Positions 49,361 through 56,986 of a stretch of 64,000 nucleotides of DNA are shown piece after piece; within the stretch, counting starts at the first letter, position 1, and the number at the start of each line of letters is the position of its first letter. The stretch covers positions 87,355 to 151,354 of the forward strand of contig JAEOTZ010000072.1 in the NCBI GenBank assembly GCA_016839585.1, in the 5' to 3' direction. A model generated the notes under the pieces. The model was given only the letters and a program-made list of their open reading frames with translations, was not told the origin of the DNA and searched no databases. The stretch is from Promethearchaeota archaeon. GTDB lineage: Archaea; Asgardarchaeota; Lokiarchaeia; Sigyniarchaeales; SOKP01. The position numbers were made by a program, and so were the translations under genes.

Positions 49361-49744
49361 ATGGGATTTGATGACGAATTTGATGAGGATTTCGATGAAG
49401 AATTAGAATTTGATGAAGATTTAGAAGAATTAAGTTCTAAAACTCCAGACGATAAAGTTGAATCTAAAACTCCTGTTGTTAAAACTATTCCTGAAGGGAA
49501 AAAGATTTCAGTATATTTTATGTCTACTATTGGTCCAGGTGAGAAAAAACAAAAATTACTTATAAATTCAGGAAATCATGTTGGAGATATTAAAGAAACT
49601 GTAGCAAATTTATTTGGTTTAGATCCTGTTGATTTTCATTTATCTTCAGGTGGAGTAACTATGGATGAGAGTTTTCCTTTAAAAGATTATAATGTGAATG
49701 ATGGAGATGACATACTTTTAATTCCTGCAAGTACTGCTGGTTAA
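49361..49744 (+). CDS. Ubiquitin-like modifier, copy 1 (acidic N-tail, C-terminal ...STAG)
   Basis: Beta-grasp pattern VGDIKETV..LFGL....FHLSSGG..MDE..PLKDYNVNDGDDILL; terminal Gly. The upstream ORF-track extension is AT-rich promoter-like DNA; GGTG SD before ATG 49358/49361. Confidence 0.85.
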   Translation: MGFDDEFDEDFDEELEFDEDLEELSSKTPDDKVESKTPVVKTIPEGKKISVYFMSTIGPGEKKQKLLINSGNHVGDIKETVANLFGLDPVDFHLSSGGVTMDESFPLKDYNVNDGDDILLIPASTAG

Positions 49745-49788
49745 ATCGTTCAAAAGAGTAAATGTTTTTAAAATTAGAGCCTCTATTT

Positions 49789-50583
49789 TTAATCTTTTTC
49801 TTTTCTTGATGGGATTAGAGCAATTTCATCATCATCATCTATATCATAGTCTTTTATTTGTGAGTTTTCGTGCAATAATATACCTCCAGAGGATAACAGA
49901 AAATCTTTTAAATTGTAATTAAATAATATCCCTACTCTTTCTTTCACTACACTTATTAACTCAATAGTGTTAACAATAATTATTTTCGTTTTTTCGCCCG
50001 GCTCAACTAATGATCTTATATAAATTCGGAGCTGGTCTTCCATTTTAATAGGATTCATTGGTGGTATATATATTATCTCCTCATCAGTTTTATCCTTGCT
50101 TTTCAACATATTTTCTATTAAACTTTTCCTCTCATTTGGGTCAAAATATAACATTTCCCTAATAAACACTATTTTATCCATTTTTGATAATCCTAAAAGG
50201 TTTATTTTATCTAATTCTTCCTGATTAAAAACTGAAAATATATATTTGTCTATTACAGGAATATTTTCATGTGATTCATTTGATGTAATGTATTCTTCTA
50301 TTGAAGGCATTGTATCGATATAATTTTCAATAATATCTACTATTTTCTTTTTAATCGGCTTTTGTTTAGCAAAATATTTCTTTTCTCTTATCTTTCTGTC
50401 TTGACTATCTTTGGAGTGTAAGACAGTATAGATAGTACTTGTGGATAATACTGCGACACTACCAATAGTCAAGAAGAGAAATAAAGGAATACTTTCTATC
50501 TGTAATAGGAAAAAAAACATATAGATTAAAAGAAAAATACTATAAAGAGTTATAACACTTAAAATTCTGTATTTGTTTCTCAT
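49789..50583 (-). CDS. 2-TM membrane protein with C-terminal ubiquitin-like domain lacking terminal Gly
   Basis: Two N-terminal TM; C-terminal PGEK...VKERV..LF...FLLSSGG...ENSQIKDY...LIPSRKEKD aligns to both Ubls. Confidence 0.8.
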   Translation of the reverse strand: MRNKYRILSVITLYSIFLLIYMFFFLLQIESIPLFLFLTIGSVAVLSTSTIYTVLHSKDSQDRKIREKKYFAKQKPIKKKIVDIIENYIDTMPSIEEYITSNESHENIPVIDKYIFSVFNQEELDKINLLGLSKMDKIVFIREMLYFDPNERKSLIENMLKSKDKTDEEIIYIPPMNPIKMEDQLRIYIRSLVEPGEKTKIIIVNTIELISVVKERVGILFNYNLKDFLLSSGGILLHENSQIKDYDIDDDDEIALIPSRKEKD

Positions 50584-50668
50584 AATTTTTTAATTAAAGT
50601 ATTTTCTGAATTTTAAATAAATAATTTAAAATATAAATTCCATTGGAATAAAATTGGAGTTTTTATAT

Positions 50669-51340
50669 TCATACACCTTGAATTGATTTTTTAACTTTAG
50701 AATATTTCTCTGAGTCTAATTTAAATCCATTTCTATTTTTAATTTTTTCAATTTTAATTAATTTCAGGTTTTTTAAAATATCGATATATTTCTTAATAGT
50801 ACTGTGATTTTTTTTTAAGCTATTTGCTATATCTGTAATTTTTAATGCTTTATTTTCTTTCTTCATAAAATTAATTAATTTTTGAACGATTTCTTTATTT
50901 AAATAAAAGTAAAACTCATCAAGTTCAGAATTTGACTCAAATTTGAAGAAAATTCTATGATTATTGATTTTTTTTGATCGAATAAATTGAAATTTTTCTA
51001 GACATGATAAATGCCATAAAGCTTGATTACTTCCGATATTTAGAGCTTTCATTATTCCATTAATATTTGAAGGTTTTCTTTTAATATAATTAAATATCTC
51101 ATTCCTTTTTGGATGCTCAACGATATTATTTTTCATTAATCTAGTTCCCGGGATAATAACTCGCCTTTTAATTAAATCCTTTAAGATTAATTCTATTCTA
51201 TTCTCATTTATATTAGGATTGTACCTTACTCTATTATTTATAAATGATATGATCTCTCTTATTGAAAAGAAAGTTTTTTTTGTTAAATACTCTCTTACTA
51301 ATTCAAGAACAACAGATTCTGCATTATCCAGAAAACTCAT
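50669..51340 (-). CDS. Multi-winged-helix (ArsR-like) transcriptional regulator
   Basis: HPKRNEIFNYI...WHLSCLEK and ITDIANSLKKNHSTIKKYIDILKNLKLI. Confidence 0.78.
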   Translation of the reverse strand: MSFLDNAESVVLELVREYLTKKTFFSIREIISFINNRVRYNPNINENRIELILKDLIKRRVIIPGTRLMKNNIVEHPKRNEIFNYIKRKPSNINGIMKALNIGSNQALWHLSCLEKFQFIRSKKINNHRIFFKFESNSELDEFYFYLNKEIVQKLINFMKKENKALKITDIANSLKKNHSTIKKYIDILKNLKLIKIEKIKNRNGFKLDSEKYSKVKKSIQGV

Positions 51341-51614
51341 AAGCCTATACTTTCACTATGTTAATAAATCTAATTTTTATAATTATATACTCTCTCTAAA
51401 ACCATAATTTATGTATTATATATATTAATAGACATTCATACAATTTATACTATAATTTCTTAAGAATCCAATGTGTTTCTTTTTATTTTTGATAAAACCT
51501 TAAAAAACTTCAAAATCATTCCATAGGGTTTTATTATATCTTCTTAATGCCATTTTATTAAGTTTTAAAAAAAAATTATAAAATTTTAAAAAACCAAAAT
51601 TGGAAGTGATTTGA

Positions 51615-51947
51615 ATGAGTTTTGATGAATTTGATGAAGATTTGGTTGGGGAAGAACCAGTAAAATCTAAAACTCCCGCAACTAAAACCCCTTCAGCAGG
51701 AAAGAAATTAACTCTATATTTCATGTCAACTATTGGTCCTGGTGAAAAGAAGGAGAAATTAACTGTGAATGATGCTAATCATGTAAGTGATATTAAGCAA
51801 ACATTAGGGAATTTATTTGGACTTGACCCTAATGATTTTCATATATCATCTGGCGGAGTTACAATGGATGAAAATAGTCAATTAAAAGACTATAGTGTAA
51901 GTGATGGAGACGATATTCTTTTGATCCCTGCGAGTACTGCTGGGTAA
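51615..51947 (+). CDS. Ubiquitin-like modifier, copy 2 (C-terminal ...STAG)
   Basis: 63/82 identity to copy 1 over the core by hand alignment; first gene of the E1-E2-JAMM-RING run. Confidence 0.88.
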   Translation: MSFDEFDEDLVGEEPVKSKTPATKTPSAGKKLTLYFMSTIGPGEKKEKLTVNDANHVSDIKQTLGNLFGLDPNDFHISSGGVTMDENSQLKDYSVSDGDDILLIPASTAG

Positions 51948-51979
51948 ACTTATATAATTTTCTTCATAAATTATAATAT

Positions 51980-52008
51980 AAGGGCTTAAAGCCCTTTATT
52001 TTTTTTTT
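51980..52008 (+). terminator. Hairpin plus T-tract between Ubl2 and E1
   Basis: AAGGGCT-TAA-AGCCCTT followed by TATTTTTTTTTT. Confidence 0.55.
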
Positions 52009-52027
52009 ATTTTTTAAATATATAATA

Positions 52028-53263
52028 ATGGTGATTATATTGGATAAGGATTCAGACTTTTTTACAAAAGAATTATCAGTGGAAGAGAGAGATTTATACG
52101 ATCGTCAATTCCGTCTTGAAGGCTGGTCCCAGAAATTAGTAAAAAACACCAGAGTATTAATAGTAGGAGTTGGAGGTTTAGGATGTGAAATTGCTAAAAA
52201 CTTAGCCATGCTTGGTGTTGGTCACTTAGATCTCGTTGATTTAGATATTATTGAACATTCTAATTTGAACCGTCAAATACTTTTTACAGGAGCGAAGATA
52301 GGAGAGCCTAAAGTAGTGGTTGCTGCTAGAAAACTAACTGAAATTAATCCTAATGTTATTATTAAGGGATATCATACTTCTCTAGAAAGGTTAAATCCTG
52401 CTGTATATCAAGCTGCTGATGTTGTTATAGGAGGTCTTGATTCTATGAATGCACGACTTAACTTAAATGCACAATGCATAAGGTTTAAAAAGCCATTAGT
52501 AGATGGAGGTGTATCTGGTTATTATGGTCACGTATACACTATCTTCCCTTATCAAAATGCTTGTTATGAGTGCAATCCATTACCAGTAGTAGAGGGTGAT
52601 GAGATGGCTGCTTGTACAGTGGTTGGGGTCCCCAGAAAAAGGATTCATTGCCTTTTTAAAGGAGATATGGCATTTAAAGAAAACTTTGACAGAGATCCTA
52701 ATCCAAAAGATATAAATGATATTAAGTTTATTCAAAAGGTCGCAAATGAATTGGTGAATAAACATAATTTCTTACCTGAATACACAGAAGATGACATTGT
52801 GAAAATTATTGATAGACATGATCCTGGTATAATAACTATAAATGCAATTATTTCTGCTTTACAATCACATGAAGCAATAAAAATTCTACATTGGAAAGAA
52901 GGTCATAAAGGATTAGGTGAACCTATTAAAAGTTATGTTATCTTTAATGCAATGACAATGAAATTTTACCATATTGAGAAACATAGGAATCCAGAATGTT
53001 CTCAGTGTGGTAGAAGTGTTCGAAGAGTATCTATAAAATTAAGATCTCAATCACCTTGCATAAATATAATTAAAATATTAGAGAAAAATGGTTTTGAATT
53101 GGATCCTGATTATGAACCTGTTCTAACTTTATTAGATTTCAATGATATTAAAATTGTAGATTTAGAAAAGAATCCAATTGAAAATGGGTTAAGAAATTAT
53201 GAATTCATAACTAGTGCTGGATTTAAAGATGGAGAGATTTTTGTAACCTTAAAATTAAAATAA
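52028..53263 (+). CDS. Ubl-activating enzyme E1 (ThiF domain; UBA3/UBA2-like catalytic Cys region)
   Basis: LYDRQ, VGVGGLGCE, D.IEHSNLNRQ, CYEC...ACTVVGVPR..IHC, CSQC; ~85-aa C-terminal extension. Confidence 0.92.
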   Translation: MVIILDKDSDFFTKELSVEERDLYDRQFRLEGWSQKLVKNTRVLIVGVGGLGCEIAKNLAMLGVGHLDLVDLDIIEHSNLNRQILFTGAKIGEPKVVVAARKLTEINPNVIIKGYHTSLERLNPAVYQAADVVIGGLDSMNARLNLNAQCIRFKKPLVDGGVSGYYGHVYTIFPYQNACYECNPLPVVEGDEMAACTVVGVPRKRIHCLFKGDMAFKENFDRDPNPKDINDIKFIQKVANELVNKHNFLPEYTEDDIVKIIDRHDPGIITINAIISALQSHEAIKILHWKEGHKGLGEPIKSYVIFNAMTMKFYHIEKHRNPECSQCGRSVRRVSIKLRSQSPCINIIKILEKNGFELDPDYEPVLTLLDFNDIKIVDLEKNPIENGLRNYEFITSAGFKDGEIFVTLKLK

Positions 53264-53339
53264 AAATTTAATCAAAAAATATTTTCTATAAAAATTTAAA
53301 ATAAAAAATTAATTAATATGAAAAAAAAGGGTTGAGAAT

Positions 53340-53867
53340 ATGAGTATAAGAAGTAGTAGAATTTCCCAAGATTTTGGGGGATTAAAAAAAATGTTAAAAG
53401 AAGGATCTATTGTTCAATTAAAACCTTTTAATCCTAAAAAGAAGAGTATTGATCACTTAGCCATCTCTTTTAGAGGACCTAAAGGGACAGTATATTCAGG
53501 TGGTCTTTTTAGATTGGAAATGAAATTTCCTGCTCAATATCCTAAACAACCTCCTTTTGTAAGAATGCATACTCCAATTTGGCATCCAAATTTTTGGCCA
53601 AAACCGAGTGAATATAAAGGACAGAGAAATATTTGTTTAGCATTAGTAGATCCCTCTTTAGTTGGTAAAAAAGGTGGATGGAGTCCATCAAAAACCGCTG
53701 TCACGATTGTTCAAGCAATAATTGCTATGTTAAACACCCGTGGTAAGTACGTAAATCCAACAGATGTTTTTAATAAAAAAGCAGCATTAGAAATGATTAA
53801 AAATCCTAAATTTTTCGATAAAAAAGTCAAAAACTTAGTTAAAAAGTATGCTAATGAGAAATGGTGA
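53340..53867 (+). CDS. Ubiquitin-conjugating enzyme E2 (UBC fold)
   Basis: GPKGTVYSGGLF, FPAQYPKQPP, TPIWHPN...ICL...WSPS. Confidence 0.93.
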   Translation: MSIRSSRISQDFGGLKKMLKEGSIVQLKPFNPKKKSIDHLAISFRGPKGTVYSGGLFRLEMKFPAQYPKQPPFVRMHTPIWHPNFWPKPSEYKGQRNICLALVDPSLVGKKGGWSPSKTAVTIVQAIIAMLNTRGKYVNPTDVFNKKAALEMIKNPKFFDKKVKNLVKKYANEKW

Positions 53868-54690
53868 AAATTTAATGAATTATGATAATAATAATAATAA
53901 TAGTAATTTAATCAAAGAAGCAATAAAACATAAAATTAAGGAAAAAATTAAAAAAGAACTGCTTGAAGAGATATATACTGAATTAAAATCAGAAGAAGAA
54001 TTGATAGATGAAATAACTTCTGAATTTAGTCAAAATAAGCCTTCAGATCATACCAAAAAAATTAACATTACACATGAGAATTCATCAAAAGAATCAGAAA
54101 TAGCATATATTAAACATAATGACACTGAAGCCAAGATAACTATAACAGTTAAAGCTATTCTTAAGATAGCAAGCCATTCTTTAAAATATGCTCACTCTAA
54201 GATCCCAAGGGAGGATTGGGTTGAAGTGATAGGGTTACTTGCCGGCAATTTAGATAATTCTGGGCGTATTCTTCATATAGAAGATGCTTATCCAATGGGT
54301 CATGGTACAGCTGTTTATGCTGAAATTAAAGATTATAAAAATTATGTGAGAGCTTTTAAAGATATTAAGAGGAATAAATTATACATCTGTGGATGGTATC
54401 ATTCTCATCCATCTTATGGGTGTTTTATGTCTAATGAAGATATAGGAACTCAAGCTAGATATCAAAAATTATGGGATAAGGCTATTGCTCTTGTTATAGA
54501 TCCATATCAAATTGATGGTACTTCATTAGGATTTGAGATTTATCGTGCAAATATCAGAACAAAAAAATGGTTTTCTTTACCATATAATATAAAAGGGTAT
54601 TTAGATGTTCGAATGTTGCCTGAAATCTTGGCATTTATGAATCCTATTATTGAGGGGAAACCTGTTTACTTGGAATATGATGAAGATTAA
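53848..54690 (+). CDS. JAMM/MPN+ isopeptidase (Rpn11/CSN5-like)
   Basis: EVIGLLAG, GWYHSHPSYGCFMSNEDI..Q, ALVIDP; start may be 53875. Confidence 0.92.
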   Translation: MLMRNGENLMNYDNNNNNSNLIKEAIKHKIKEKIKKELLEEIYTELKSEEELIDEITSEFSQNKPSDHTKKINITHENSSKESEIAYIKHNDTEAKITITVKAILKIASHSLKYAHSKIPREDWVEVIGLLAGNLDNSGRILHIEDAYPMGHGTAVYAEIKDYKNYVRAFKDIKRNKLYICGWYHSHPSYGCFMSNEDIGTQARYQKLWDKAIALVIDPYQIDGTSLGFEIYRANIRTKKWFSLPYNIKGYLDVRMLPEILAFMNPIIEGKPVYLEYDED

Positions 54691-54719
54691 ATTCTTTAAT
54701 ATGTGGTGATTCTTAAACC

Positions 54720-55889
54720 ATGGTGAAAACTAAAACTGTTGCGATATCATTAATTATCTTTTTAATCATAGGCATAATCCATGGTGCTATTTTAGACTCA
54801 TTTAATGTATTTGTAACTTGGTTATTAATTGGTTTATGGATAATATTTACTATTAAAATTTTAGAAAATGTAAAACGTCACCGCGAATTTAATTCACCAC
54901 ACAATACTGCCTTTTTTGTCATAATCCCTTTATTTATCGGAATTTTTTACTCTATTTGGGGTTATTTTACCGGTATTCTGGCTGAAAACCTTCTAGAGGG
55001 TTCAGATCTATATTTTAGTTGGTGGAGTATCATTTTTGGATTTCCATTTGTATTATATGGCGCTCATTCTTTATATCGTTGTTTTAAGAAATATAATGTT
55101 ATTTATTTTGGAACGAAATCAATAAAAGCTAGGTTATTTGGATATATTTTAACCTTTATTGTTCTTCTTTTTATAATATTTTATTGGATTATTTTTTATA
55201 CTGTTATTGAATTCTATAATTTTCCATTAATCCCGCTTCACTTCTCTGTAGATCTTAACCTTTTATTATTATTCATAATTACAATATTGATATTAATTGT
55301 TTTTGGATTTATTAGTTCACAAAGACCATTGCCAACATTAACTCGTGATTATATAGCACAACGTACTAGGAGAATAAATTCATTAACATCTCCTACTGCA
55401 TTATCTTCGCCTAGAAGACAAAGACAAACTGTAAGTACAACAATTAGATCAACACCAACATCTAGAAATATATCTCGAACAACAAGATCAAGTACTCAAT
55501 CATCAAGAACAACACCAACTTCACATAGACAAACAAATAGAACAAGAACAACAAAAACTACCCAAACTAGAAGTGTAAAACCAACATCAAAAAGTCGAGA
55601 TCTAAATAGATATAAGCCAATAGGATCATATCTATCACAGGACGATTTTAAATGTATTTTTTGTTTTAAATTACCAAAACTTCCTGAGGATAGAGGGAGA
55701 GGGATAATCTTGTGCCCACATTGTAGATACCCAGCACATGCAGATGAATTTAAAGATTGGTTACGAACCTCAAATCTGTGTTCACGATGTAGTACCCCTA
55801 TTCCATCTACCTTTAAAAGTAATCCTAGGATAATTAGTGTAAAGGATTATTTAATTATCTATAGACATTTTTTAAGAAAAAAGAACTAG
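54720..55889 (+). CDS. Polytopic membrane protein with C-terminal RING-variant finger (putative E3 ligase)
   Basis: About 6 TM, S/T/R-rich linker, CIFC-x16-CPHC-x4-HADE..W....CSRC. Confidence 0.8.
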   Translation: MVKTKTVAISLIIFLIIGIIHGAILDSFNVFVTWLLIGLWIIFTIKILENVKRHREFNSPHNTAFFVIIPLFIGIFYSIWGYFTGILAENLLEGSDLYFSWWSIIFGFPFVLYGAHSLYRCFKKYNVIYFGTKSIKARLFGYILTFIVLLFIIFYWIIFYTVIEFYNFPLIPLHFSVDLNLLLLFIITILILIVFGFISSQRPLPTLTRDYIAQRTRRINSLTSPTALSSPRRQRQTVSTTIRSTPTSRNISRTTRSSTQSSRTTPTSHRQTNRTRTTKTTQTRSVKPTSKSRDLNRYKPIGSYLSQDDFKCIFCFKLPKLPEDRGRGIILCPHCRYPAHADEFKDWLRTSNLCSRCSTPIPSTFKSNPRIISVKDYLIIYRHFLRKKN

Positions 55890-55920
55890 CTGAATAGAAA
55901 ATTTGTAAGAAATTAAATAA

Positions 55921-56865
55921 TTAACTTTTCAATTTTAGGTTTTCTTTTAATTCTCCAACTGTAGTTTTTAATTCAGCATATACGTTATGTGGATGAATAG
56001 ATTCAAAGCTTTCTATTTTAAATTTTATTTTAAAGTTATCTTCAATATTTGGAAAATCTCTTAAAATGAAATTCTGTGCCATCTCTCTAATGACATCCTC
56101 AGAAAATAATGGTTTCAAATGAGCACTTCTAACTAATTCCGCTTCTTCTGGTCGTTTTAAAACAGATTGTATTTTTCCACTCATTGACATCTCGATGATA
56201 TCAATTATATCTAAAACATCAATTTTATGTTTATTTAAATCCTTAATTTGTACTATAATTGTACCTACTGAACGTTGATTATGTGATGAGAAAGGAAGTA
56301 TATTGATTAATTTTTTAATATCTTCTTCTGAAATGTTAATATCTTTTCTAGTTTTGATAATTTCTTCAGCATATTCTTGAGACATTTCTTTTGCGCATGG
56401 ACAAACAGTCATTCCCACCGCGCTTGCTCCTATAAAATAATTAAAATCCATTTCTCCCGATTCTTTTATTTTTGCTTTTGCAAAAGAGGTTATATCATAA
56501 GATTTTTGTATGGTTCTTTGCTCATTTTCCCTAACTTGAACAACAATTTTCCCTTTCAATTTAACATAAGCTCTTGAGGTATATGGATGGCGTTCCAATA
56601 TTTTTTTTACAATTCTATCAGTGACAACTTCAATTGCAGGCGTAGGTTTAAAAATGACCTCATTTATAACTTCTTCTATAGTTTCAGAAGTTCTTGACAT
56701 ATGAATACCTCGTTGTTGAGCAGGAAGAGCTATTAAAGCTGAAATTTTTGGATAAAACGAATATCTTTTATCCTCTTGAACAATTTCGACTTTCTTCTCA
56801 AGTCCTACTATGCCAACACGATCTATTGCTATGTCTATTCCTGAATTAGAACTCTGTAAATCCAT
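55921..56865 (-). CDS. mptA: GTP cyclohydrolase MptA (FolE2/IB family)
   Basis: IDRVG, RGIHMSR, GMTVCPCA, HNQR, LKR..E, FSED..R, ESIHPHN. Confidence 0.9.
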   Translation of the reverse strand: MDLQSSNSGIDIAIDRVGIVGLEKKVEIVQEDKRYSFYPKISALIALPAQQRGIHMSRTSETIEEVINEVIFKPTPAIEVVTDRIVKKILERHPYTSRAYVKLKGKIVVQVRENEQRTIQKSYDITSFAKAKIKESGEMDFNYFIGASAVGMTVCPCAKEMSQEYAEEIIKTRKDINISEEDIKKLINILPFSSHNQRSVGTIIVQIKDLNKHKIDVLDIIDIIEMSMSGKIQSVLKRPEEAELVRSAHLKPLFSEDVIREMAQNFILRDFPNIEDNFKIKFKIESFESIHPHNVYAELKTTVGELKENLKLKS

Positions 56866-56986
56866 TTTAAACTTATGAATTTTGTACCACCAATTTTAAA
56901 AAAATAAATTCTATAGTCTAGTTTTATAAAAAGATTAGATCTAATTTATATATTAGATATAAATTTTATAAAAATTCGAGAAGTTA

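Noticed and set aside
49361-53263. Reading the Ubls and E1 as a SAMP/ThiS-MoeB sulfur-transfer system
   Set aside because: The adjacent UBC-fold E2, RING-like and JAMM genes, the UBA3-like Cys region and the lack of GG all argue for E1-E2-E3 conjugation.
53884-53901. (AAT)n run encoding poly-Asn in the JAMM N-terminus
   Set aside because: Short in-frame triplet run in a disordered region; no evidence of phase variation.
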